Assembly (NCBI GenBank): GCA_029258835.1
Contig: JAPDJY010000048.1
Location: 33,195-57,194 of the forward strand
DNA from: Thermoproteota archaeon
Lineage (GTDB): Archaea > Asgardarchaeota > Jordiarchaeia > Jordiarchaeales > Freyrarchaeaceae
Direction: 5' to 3'
Length of the DNA: 24,000 nucleotides
Under the pieces are notes generated by a model, which searched no databases, had not been told where the DNA came from, and saw only the letters and a program-made list of their open reading frames with translations. The position numbers and the translations under genes were made by a program. Below, one piece after another: positions 10,109-17,259 of the stretch (position 1 is the stretch's first letter; every line of letters begins with the position of its first letter).

Positions 10109-10116
10109 TATAAATA
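10109..10116 (-). promoter_or_regulatory. Putative TATA box (minus-strand TATTTATA) for ESCRT-III paralogue A
   Basis: The A/T box lies 21-28 nt upstream of ATG 10088, within the 73-nt gap after the ATPase stop. It suggests an internal promoter and a near-leaderless transcript. Sequence only. Confidence 0.4.
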
Positions 10117-10161
10117 GCACATAACTACTAATTAAATCTCTCTCTTAAGGCACGTAGCGGC

Positions 10162-13125
10162 TTATCCGCTTCCTAACATCCTCCTAAGCTCTTCTATCTT
10201 CTTGAACGCCTTCTTCCTAAGGAAGCTATACTCTTCCTCGGTCATCCTACCAAGCAAGTAATACTCGTGTAAACTTCGAAGATACTTCTGGATTCTTCCA
10301 ATTTTCGAAATAATTTCCTCATCGCTCATCCCTTCTCTTGCAAGCTCCCTTCCTAATCGTGTTTCTCCTTCGGCACTCGCCTTAACCTCCACTTTCCCTC
10401 TTTCAGCACTTTCATCAACACTAGGCTTCTCCCTTACCATCATGCTTACCGCTTTCATTTCTTTCTCCTCTTTTCCTTTCCTCCTTTCCACCTTGACTTT
10501 TGGTGGCGGAATCCACCCTCCTTCTCTACTAATCTCTTGGAGAATGTTTTCTATCAATTCTTTGGCCGTCATTGCTTCCCCTTTGCTTGGCGCTGTGACC
10601 TCAAACGCTATTACTGATGCGGTGTTGGTCCAAGCCAAGCTAAATCCTATTCTAACGTTTCCTTTCTGTCCCAGAAAAACTAGGGCATCCCCCTCTAAGC
10701 AAGTGAGCTCCCAGCCTTGAAGCGTGAGCTTCTCTCTTAACGTAGAAAGCATCTTCTCAGGGTCTACTCTGAGAGCCTTCTGAAAGTTTACCCCTTGAAT
10801 CTTGGAAGATGGGTAAAGGTACTCGTTAAACCTATACTTTATAAGCCTTGAAAGATAGTCTCCTGCCAAGTCATCCGAAACGTCTAATATCGGAATTCTC
10901 TTTTTAGCAACACCAACCCTCTCCTCACCACCAACCATCCCAACTCCACTTTCATCCATCTTAACTTCCACTTTCTCCCCTATTTTTTCTGGAATCAAAG
11001 ATGTAACTTCTTCGCTTCTCCCCTCCTCCAAGAGAGAGGCCGATCCTGGCCTGGCTAGTCCTGGTATAGCCTCCCTGCCAGCATGTTGGCTTTGCCTAGG
11101 CCTAATCTTAACCGCTAAAACCCGTCCTGTATCTATCGAAGCATCCGAGATCAAAGCCATACCTATAGGGATCCTACGTATAAAGTCTCTTGACATCTCT
11201 TGGGGGACCTTATTTGGCGATCTTCGCATGAACGCCTCTATATCCGCCTCAAATGTTAAATAATGTGTAATTATCATGTCAACTTGAGACAGGATTTGGT
11301 CGCTGGTTGCTGAGGGTTGCTGGGTGGCTAGAACTAAAGCGCACCCCGGCTTTCTTCCAAGCTTAGCATACTCTATTAACGGTCCAGAAGCAGCCGTCTC
11401 CCCCCTAGCAGGGGCAAGTATATGTGCCTCATCGACCATTAGCCAAGTGACAGGGATCTCTTCCTTAATAGCGCCCACGGAACCAAACTGTAATCCCTCC
11501 TCCCTCCTCGCCAGCTGCATCCTCTTCTCAAGTATCTTCCTTGCCAGTAACCCAACAACTAGCCCGCGCAGCCCCTCTGTTAAATAGCTTACATCAACTA
11601 CAGTAACCATATTTGGAACGGCAATTTGGTCTAATGGAGTTCCTTCCCGGGAAAATATCCCCCATTCCTTTGCAGATAAAAGTCTAGAAATGACGGCCCT
11701 CCTAGTGTCGGTTCTGAAGCCTCTGTCTTTAGAAAGAAGTTCTAGAGACGTTTCAACACATTTGATCATGTCGTCTATGGTGTACTCGTCTCTCTTCCCC
11801 TCCACCCTAATTTTCTCGTCTCCTTCAACTGCTTCATACCCTTCTCTTACCTGTATTAGGGCACGTTCAAGCAGTAATCCCATAGCGCCGAATCTCTCCA
11901 CTCCGAACGCATAGCACCAGTCATCTACTGTTAGGTCGGAAGGCTTTATAGAGAACGCCATATCCCTCGTAGCATCAGGCAGCTTATCGTAGACGCCTAA
12001 AGGCACGAGCACTCTGATGTTGGTAAACCCTCGAGGCTTAAGCCCCCATCTTCTAAGCTCTTCAACTTCCTTCTCCTCCCTGTTTGGATACTTCATACTC
12101 CAGAAAATCCCCACCGGATCTACTATTACAACTGCTAACCCTAAGCCTGACCTTGCAAGCTCCTCAGCTAAAACACCCATCGTGTAAGACTTACCTGACC
12201 CACGCTGGCCACATATGAATATAACGTGTGGTTTAAGGGCATCCACTAGAACAGGTTTGCCAAGGAAATTATTTTCTTCCGCCCGCTCACATATACATCC
12301 AATGTACATAAGCCCCTTAGCACCGAAGGTTTGCAACTTATCCCTACTTCTACCAAGCACAACCCCTTCCCCTACCGGATCCTCAAGAACCCTAAGCTTC
12401 GAGGAAACCTCCAATGGTTCCTTTACGATTCTTCCTCTCTCCTCCTCTCTAACTTTTAATTCTCCTAGAAATGCAGAGAAGCGGCGCCACATCCCCTCGT
12501 CATAGAAGTTTAATGACTCAAATATCATATCCCTAGCTTTTTCATCCTTTGGATACACGTCTACTTCAAAGCCACATAACTCCCAGCATGATACGGCTAC
12601 ATCGCTCTCACTTAATCCCTTTCTACCCAGCTCCTCAACGGCTCTCTCAAAGTACTCGCTTTTTCTGGTAGCTCCGTAAAGTATCAGCAATCCCTTCGCT
12701 TTTTCTTCTTGAGGAAGTTGCTCAACCATTTCTCTCATCTTAGAAAGGATCTCCTCTTTTCCACTCCTTCGAAATTCTTCAAGGAGAACTCGGAGGATTT
12801 GTAAGTCCACAGGTTTCGTGCGAAACGCGTACTCAACCATTTTACTTAAGGCATTTTTAACATCGTCTAAGCCCTGCCCATCAACTTGGAGAATGAGTCT
12901 GAACGCGTGGGCAAGGGATGAAAGGTCATTTTCAAGTTCTCTTCCCTCTAAAATATTCTTTGCAAGCTTCACCGCTCCCTTCCTTGCCCTTTCAAGGTAC
13001 TCATCCATTCCAGTAAGCCGGTAGGCGATCAACAACGCGTTAATGATGTCGCTACTAAGCTTCACGTCTTTAAGTGCTTCTAGGGAAACATATAGAAATT
13101 CGTAAATCGGTCTACCTCTTTCCAA
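10162..13125 (-). CDS. 987-aa HerA/FtsK-superfamily (DUF87-like) P-loop ATPase with a helical N-terminal extension and a C-terminal extra domain plus SHOCT-like tail
   Basis: Walker A is LKPHVIFICGQRGSGKSYT (GQRGSGKS at 12187-12210). Walker B is VTWLMVDEAHILAP (11422-11445). It is followed by KLGRKPGCALVLATQQPS and VDMIITHYLT, the layout I associate with HerA/COG0433. Residues 1-230 are helical repeats. Residues 745-870 form an unassigned alpha/beta region. A K/E-rich linker leads to the tail LRSLHEYYLLGRMTEEEYSFLRKKAFKKIEEL. Confidence 0.85.
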   Translation of the reverse strand: MERGRPIYEFLYVSLEALKDVKLSSDIINALLIAYRLTGMDEYLERARKGAVKLAKNILEGRELENDLSSLAHAFRLILQVDGQGLDDVKNALSKMVEYAFRTKPVDLQILRVLLEEFRRSGKEEILSKMREMVEQLPQEEKAKGLLILYGATRKSEYFERAVEELGRKGLSESDVAVSCWELCGFEVDVYPKDEKARDMIFESLNFYDEGMWRRFSAFLGELKVREEERGRIVKEPLEVSSKLRVLEDPVGEGVVLGRSRDKLQTFGAKGLMYIGCICERAEENNFLGKPVLVDALKPHVIFICGQRGSGKSYTMGVLAEELARSGLGLAVVIVDPVGIFWSMKYPNREEKEVEELRRWGLKPRGFTNIRVLVPLGVYDKLPDATRDMAFSIKPSDLTVDDWCYAFGVERFGAMGLLLERALIQVREGYEAVEGDEKIRVEGKRDEYTIDDMIKCVETSLELLSKDRGFRTDTRRAVISRLLSAKEWGIFSREGTPLDQIAVPNMVTVVDVSYLTEGLRGLVVGLLARKILEKRMQLARREEGLQFGSVGAIKEEIPVTWLMVDEAHILAPARGETAASGPLIEYAKLGRKPGCALVLATQQPSATSDQILSQVDMIITHYLTFEADIEAFMRRSPNKVPQEMSRDFIRRIPIGMALISDASIDTGRVLAVKIRPRQSQHAGREAIPGLARPGSASLLEEGRSEEVTSLIPEKIGEKVEVKMDESGVGMVGGEERVGVAKKRIPILDVSDDLAGDYLSRLIKYRFNEYLYPSSKIQGVNFQKALRVDPEKMLSTLREKLTLQGWELTCLEGDALVFLGQKGNVRIGFSLAWTNTASVIAFEVTAPSKGEAMTAKELIENILQEISREGGWIPPPKVKVERRKGKEEKEMKAVSMMVREKPSVDESAERGKVEVKASAEGETRLGRELAREGMSDEEIISKIGRIQKYLRSLHEYYLLGRMTEEEYSFLRKKAFKKIEELRRMLGSG

Positions 13126-13133
13126 CTAATACG

Positions 13134-13139
13134 CCTCCC
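13134..13139 (-). promoter_or_regulatory. Shine-Dalgarno-like GGGAGG 8 nt upstream of the ATPase TTG start
   Basis: The reverse complement of CCTCCC at 13134-13139 is complementary to the archaeal 16S 3' end. It supports TTG 13125 as the start and co-transcription with the upstream ESCRT-III gene. Confidence 0.5.
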
Positions 13140-13178
13140 TTTCAGAGGAAAATTCTGAAAGAAGAAATGATGTTGCCG

Positions 13179-13805
13179 TTAAAGCTCTTCCTTAAGCTTC
13201 TTTATATCCTTCTCAAGCTCTGCGATTTTACCTGCAGGAACAGAAGGAAGCTTCACACCCGTTTCAACACCTATCTCTTGATCTATCTCTGAAAGGGTTT
13301 CAGCTACCTCCTTTGAGGTCACATCGGTTGAAACAGTCATCCTCTCAAATCCAGCTTCCGTCACATCTTGAGCTATATCAAACTCCTGCATTGAAGCATC
13401 GATCTCATCTACAAGCTGCGAAATGTCCGGGAGATTAACCGTGCTTTTTAACCCTTCCAATGCTGCCCTAATACCAGAGAGAGTGCTTGCGACCTCGTAA
13501 ACGGACTGGCTCTGCCGTAGTTTAACAACCATCCCGTGAATTCTAAGCCTATAAGAATCAGTAGCTAAAGCCCATTTTTGATATCTCAGGTAATGCTCAG
13601 CATACATCTTCGCCGCCTCATTATTACCCATCATGCGGTAACGCTTCGCTTCCTCCCTGTTCTTCCTAGCCTCCCTTTCCAACTGTTTCTTATGGTATTC
13701 AAGTTTCCTCGTGAACACTTCAAGCTTGAAAATCACGTCTTTAAGTTTTGGGCCACCCTTAAGCCAGTTTATGAACTTCCTTAGCGACATAGAAACCACC
13801 AGCAT
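13179..13805 (-). CDS. ESCRT-III / Snf7 (CdvB-like) superfamily protein, paralogue B
   Basis: It shows MSLRKFINWLKGGPK.., then a hairpin with tip ..AKRYRMMGNNEAAKMYAEHY.. that I could align by eye to paralogue A. It continues with ..VASTLSGIRAALEGLK.., acidic helices, and the tail GVKLPSVPAGKIAELEKDIKKLKEEL. The likely true start is ATG 13790 (MSLR..). Confidence 0.75.
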   Translation of the reverse strand: MLVVSMSLRKFINWLKGGPKLKDVIFKLEVFTRKLEYHKKQLEREARKNREEAKRYRMMGNNEAAKMYAEHYLRYQKWALATDSYRLRIHGMVVKLRQSQSVYEVASTLSGIRAALEGLKSTVNLPDISQLVDEIDASMQEFDIAQDVTEAGFERMTVSTDVTSKEVAETLSEIDQEIGVETGVKLPSVPAGKIAELEKDIKKLKEEL

Positions 13806-13836
13806 GTCCTTCCATACAAAGATTGGAAAGCCTAGG

Positions 13837-13842
13837 TTATAA
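13837..13842 (-). promoter_or_regulatory. Possible TATA element (TTATAA) upstream of ESCRT-III paralogue B
   Basis: A palindromic A/T hexamer lies about 32 nt upstream of ATG 13805, in the 86-nt gap after trmY. Weak, sequence only. Confidence 0.3.
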
Positions 13843-13891
13843 CACTTTCCTAAAAGGCATCGAACAAGTTAGCATTTTTACATTTGGTTGC

Positions 13892-14488
13892 TCATTTCAC
13901 CTCTACTACTTCTCCCCCTTTTCTATCCAATTCGTCATGAACCATAACAATACAGTGGCTTCCTAAATACCTCTTCGGCCCTAAACTTACCTTGAAGGCA
14001 CCTAGCTTCTCCAGCAACCTCTCGCTACGAGGAGGAAGCCCCAAGTGATCCCCAAGCACAAATAACACGTCCTTTCTATGAGGAAAATTAACCATCCTTA
14101 TCGGTTTCCCACTCTCATGAAGATAGTATACCTCCGCTTTTCGCCTAACCTCAGACACCGCTTCAATGAAGCTTTTCCTTTCAACATTGAATCCCTTTAT
14201 TTTTTCCCCTTTAAGTAGTTTTTTTAAAGTAAGTGCCAGCTGGAGCTCTGACCCTGAAATGTTATCGATTTCTGCGCCATCCACCTTTAACGTTAAGGGA
14301 GGGGCAGGAGGCCCCTCTAGAACAGCGTAAAATACGGTGTTCAACCGAACCCCCCCGCCAAACTTCAAAGCAGCTATTACGCATCTGCAAACAATATCAA
14401 GTCGCCCAGAGGTCCCTGGAAGGTCTTTAATGTTAAAGCTGTTCGAGGTACATGCTTTACGTGCTTCCATAATGAAAATGCGTCTCAT
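13892..14488 (-). CDS. trmY: tRNA (pseudouridine54-N1)-methyltransferase TrmY (SPOUT, COG1901)
   Basis: NIKDLPGTSGRLDIVCRCV, VFYAVLEGPPAPP, YYLHESG, FVLGDHLGL and LGSHCIVMVHDELD align with my memory of M. jannaschii MJ1640. Confidence 0.85.
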   Translation of the reverse strand: MRRIFIMEARKACTSNSFNIKDLPGTSGRLDIVCRCVIAALKFGGGVRLNTVFYAVLEGPPAPPLTLKVDGAEIDNISGSELQLALTLKKLLKGEKIKGFNVERKSFIEAVSEVRRKAEVYYLHESGKPIRMVNFPHRKDVLFVLGDHLGLPPRSERLLEKLGAFKVSLGPKRYLGSHCIVMVHDELDRKGGEVVEVK

Positions 14489-14491
14489 ACA

Positions 14492-15316
14492 TTACCCCCA
14501 AACAGCCAAGTAGAACATATAGATTCCAATACAAACCATAAAAAACCCGAAAAGCCGTCGAAGACCCCGTGCAGTAAATTTCCCAGAAATCCTCGAGCCT
14601 ACTTGGCCGCCTAACACTGCTCCTGCTCCCATGGCTAATGCGTAAACAGTGTTTACATGTCCAAGCATAGCATGCTCGGTAATTCCAACCAATGCGGTTA
14701 ATAAGATCATGAAACAGGATGTCGCGACTGCAATATGAATTGGAACTCCTAAAAGGGTGAGAAGTGGAACCTTAAGTATTCCTCCTCCTATTCCGAGGAA
14801 ACCTGACGCCATGCCAGCAATGAAGCATCCTCCGAAAGCGATTGGAAGATTAATACTATATTTGAGAACTCTACCCTCGCCATCCTCTAGTTGCCTTCTC
14901 AGGTGGACGCTGTGTAGCCAGCTTATTCTAGCGGAAACTTCCCTCTTTACGCCTAAAATCATTCCTGTACCAACGATGATTAAGCCAGCAGCAAAGACCC
15001 CCTCTAACATAAAGGATTTTATTATGCCTGTTAGGTAGGCTCCTATAAATGCTCCTGGCATGGTGGCTCCTTCAAGTATCAACCCTAGCACCAAGTCAAC
15101 TTTTCCCTGGCGGCAGTAGCTTAAAGTAGCCGAAGAGGCTGTGAATGCTATTACACATAGGCTTGTCCCAACAGCATTCTTCATGTTTACCCCCCCAATA
15201 AGATGGAGAACCGGAACGTTTAAGAATCCGCCTCCTACACCAAGAAGCGACGCTACAACACCTACCAGTAAGCCAATAATACTTAATACAATAACTAAAA
15301 TCATGGTCGCTTCCAC
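14492..15316 (-). CDS. TauE/SafE (DUF81) family anion-exporter membrane protein
   Basis: The protein is polytopic and hydrophobic, with the duplicated motif LLGVGGGFLNVPVL / FLGIGGGILKVPLL. Confidence 0.85.
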   Translation of the reverse strand: MEATMILVIVLSIIGLLVGVVASLLGVGGGFLNVPVLHLIGGVNMKNAVGTSLCVIAFTASSATLSYCRQGKVDLVLGLILEGATMPGAFIGAYLTGIIKSFMLEGVFAAGLIIVGTGMILGVKREVSARISWLHSVHLRRQLEDGEGRVLKYSINLPIAFGGCFIAGMASGFLGIGGGILKVPLLTLLGVPIHIAVATSCFMILLTALVGITEHAMLGHVNTVYALAMGAGAVLGGQVGSRISGKFTARGLRRLFGFFMVCIGIYMFYLAVWG

Positions 15317-15429
15317 CCGTCCTTCTTTTTAGCAACTGAAAAGAGGTTATCATCCAGTAAGCAAAAACATAAATAACCCTTTCCTTCTTTAAGGAGGTAT
15401 TGACCTTAATTGTGAAGAAGGTGTGTACA

Positions 15430-15708
15430 TTGCCGAAAAAACGTAAAAGCAGGGGGAGAGCAAAAGGTTCTGCTGGAAGAAAAGAACTTATACCCTGTGC
15501 TTTCTGCGGTAAATTAATCCCCCGAGACAAAGCGAAAAAAGTGACAAGGTATACCACGTTGGTGGATCCAGTAATTGCCCGTGAACTGCGAAAACAGGGA
15601 GCGTACATTCCACGGGAAAAAGTCGTCCTTCACTACTGTATCTCTTGCGGCATTCATAGAGGCCTAATTAAAGTTCGCGCCGAAGCCGAGAGGAAAAGTA
15701 GACGCTAA
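15430..15708 (+). CDS. rps26e: 30S ribosomal protein S26e (eS26)
   Basis: PKKRKSRGRAKGSAGRKELIPCAFCGKLIPRDKAKK...HYCISCGIH matches the eS26 pattern. I chose TTG 15430, which lies 6 nt after AAGGTG (15418-15423). The ORF track opens at 15400. Confidence 0.9.
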   Translation: MPKKRKSRGRAKGSAGRKELIPCAFCGKLIPRDKAKKVTRYTTLVDPVIARELRKQGAYIPREKVVLHYCISCGIHRGLIKVRAEAERKSRR

Positions 15709-15718
15709 GGGAGATCGG

Positions 15719-16675
15719 TTGGCGAGAAAATACGAGGTAACGATTATAGGACACGTATGTAACGACTCGATTATCACTCCAAGTGGCCTACGGCGTGCTA
15801 AAGGGGGACCCCCGCTTTATGGTGGACTAACTGCCTGTCGGTTGGGGGTTAGAGTTGCCGTAGTTTCAAAAGTAGGCTCAGCAAAAGATTTACGTGATTT
15901 CTCCTCTCTATTTAGAAGGTATGGCATCTCCCCCTATATCTTGCTAGGCAAGGGAAAAACCACTACCTTTGAAATAGCTTATAGTGATGAAGGACGTACG
16001 ATAAAATTATCTTCCAACGCTGGTGAAATACTCTTCGAAGAAATACCCAAGGAAGCCCTTAACACGTCATCTGTCTTAATAAGCCCGGTTGCAAAAGAAA
16101 TTAGCTATAACACTGTAAAAAGTTTTTTCCGATATTTGAAACGAAGGAGAGCCTTGCTCTCAGCTGACTTGCAAGGCTTCACTAGGTGCTTCCTTAGGGA
16201 TGGTCGTCTCACTTTCAAACCCCCAAAAGGAGACCTTCTAAAGTTTTTTGATATTGTTAAGGGATCAGAAAGAGAGGTTAAAGCTGCTACAGGATGTGAA
16301 AACTTAGAGGAAGCATTAAGAAGACTCGTTGAGCAAGGCCCTAAAATCGCCATCGTCACGCTGGGTGAGCAAGGATGCATAGCTCGCTGTAGTAACTCAA
16401 TTTTCTATGTTTCCCCATTAAAACCTAGATCAGTCATCGACCCGACAGGGGCCGGAGACGCGTTCATAGCGACTTTTTTAGCATACTACATTCAGTCTAA
16501 AAGCTTAGAAGAATGCTTGCGTCTTGCTTCTGCAGCAGCCACCTACATAGTTGAACGGCGCTTACCATTTGGCAACGTAACAAAAAATGAAATTGAAGAG
16601 CTTGCAAAGAACGTTAAAGTGAAAAGGAGAAACGTTGCCCCCCTTAAAAACAGTTCCCCAAACACTTCCTCGTAA
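15719..16675 (+). CDS. PfkB-family (ribokinase-like) sugar/nucleoside kinase
   Basis: The C-terminal PfkB signature DPTGAGDAFIATF is present, along with an N-terminal GG dipeptide region (GGPPLYGG). The substrate cannot be determined from sequence. Confidence 0.8.
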   Translation: MARKYEVTIIGHVCNDSIITPSGLRRAKGGPPLYGGLTACRLGVRVAVVSKVGSAKDLRDFSSLFRRYGISPYILLGKGKTTTFEIAYSDEGRTIKLSSNAGEILFEEIPKEALNTSSVLISPVAKEISYNTVKSFFRYLKRRRALLSADLQGFTRCFLRDGRLTFKPPKGDLLKFFDIVKGSEREVKAATGCENLEEALRRLVEQGPKIAIVTLGEQGCIARCSNSIFYVSPLKPRSVIDPTGAGDAFIATFLAYYIQSKSLEECLRLASAAATYIVERRLPFGNVTKNEIEELAKNVKVKRRNVAPLKNSSPNTSS

Positions 16676-16768
16676 ATCTTCCCTTACTGAACTTCCTCAC
16701 GTTTTATTATAACTTTTTAAATGAATAGCCTCATTATTTCCTCTTAAAGAACGGCAGGTGTCAAAGCT

Positions 16769-17059
16769 TTGATTTGTGTTGAAGAGTTTTACGTCGAAGG
16801 CAAACCCGTAATAGGGCTAAAAGTGAACCTGACCCCTGCACCCTTCCTTATGATTGTCTGTCAGAAGGGGGTTCTCTCATGCGGGCTCTTTAACGTGGAA
16901 GTTGCAAATAAACTTGGTACATCAGCAGCTATGGTTACAGGAGTCTCGTCTTTTAAAGACATGCTTAACGCAAAGGTGGTAAAGGCTACTGCTAAGGCAA
17001 GGGAACTTGGCGTTACTGAAGGAATCAGTGGAAGAGAGGCGGTTTTACGGCTAACATAG
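16769..17059 (+). CDS. DUF1805 (YunC-like) small protein
   Basis: ..KPVIGLKVNL..APFLMIVCQKGVLSCGLFNVEVANKLG..AAMVTGVSSFKDMLNAKVVKATAKARELGV..G.. matches my recollection of the DUF1805 pattern. Confidence 0.7.
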   Translation: MICVEEFYVEGKPVIGLKVNLTPAPFLMIVCQKGVLSCGLFNVEVANKLGTSAAMVTGVSSFKDMLNAKVVKATAKARELGVTEGISGREAVLRLT

Positions 17060-17259
17060 CAATTTTCCCAAAAGGTTGTTCGAAAGGTAAACCCGCAGGC
17101 GGCCACTCCACATGTTACACCATTCTTTTATCATGCCTTAATGTGAGGTGATGGGATCCGAGAAACGCTTAAAAACAGCATTTTCCTACACGGTAGTGTC
17201 AAGCGTTCCTTATGTTCCACCCTTCTCACACTTTAGCAGGGAAAGACGAGGTGCCCTTA

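Noticed and set aside
9526-13024. Plus-strand ORFs 9526-9876, 10442-10720, 11324-11587, 11690-11914, 12215-12505 and 12818-13024
   Set aside because: All lie antisense inside the well-supported ESCRT-III A and ATPase genes. Their translations are Ser/Pro/Leu-rich and low in complexity, which is typical of shadow ORFs.
10162-13125. Interpreting the large ATPase as the canonical HerA of the HerA-NurA-Mre11-Rad50 DNA-end-resection operon
   Set aside because: No NurA, Mre11 or Rad50 genes are adjacent. The protein is about twice HerA length, with unrelated N- and C-terminal extensions. Only the P-loop core resembles HerA/FtsK.
13074-13292. A 72-aa plus-strand ORF spanning the ATPase / ESCRT-III B junction
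   Set aside because: It overlaps the starts and ends of two supported minus-strand genes. It has no recognisable motif and a low-complexity composition.
9441-13805. Calling the two small helical proteins PspA/Vipp1 rather than Snf7/CdvB-like
   Set aside because: Both families belong to one superfamily and I cannot separate them rigorously without profiles. The short basic N-terminus (MSLKDKLFGK..), the G-N-x-x-x-A hairpin tip, the length of about 210 aa and the Pro-rich tails look more like Snf7/CdvB. I kept the superfamily-level call and flagged the check.
15096-15608. A 170-aa minus-strand ORF
   Set aside because: It overlaps tauE out of frame and runs antisense through the eS26 gene. It shows no motifs, and both overlapped genes are strongly supported.
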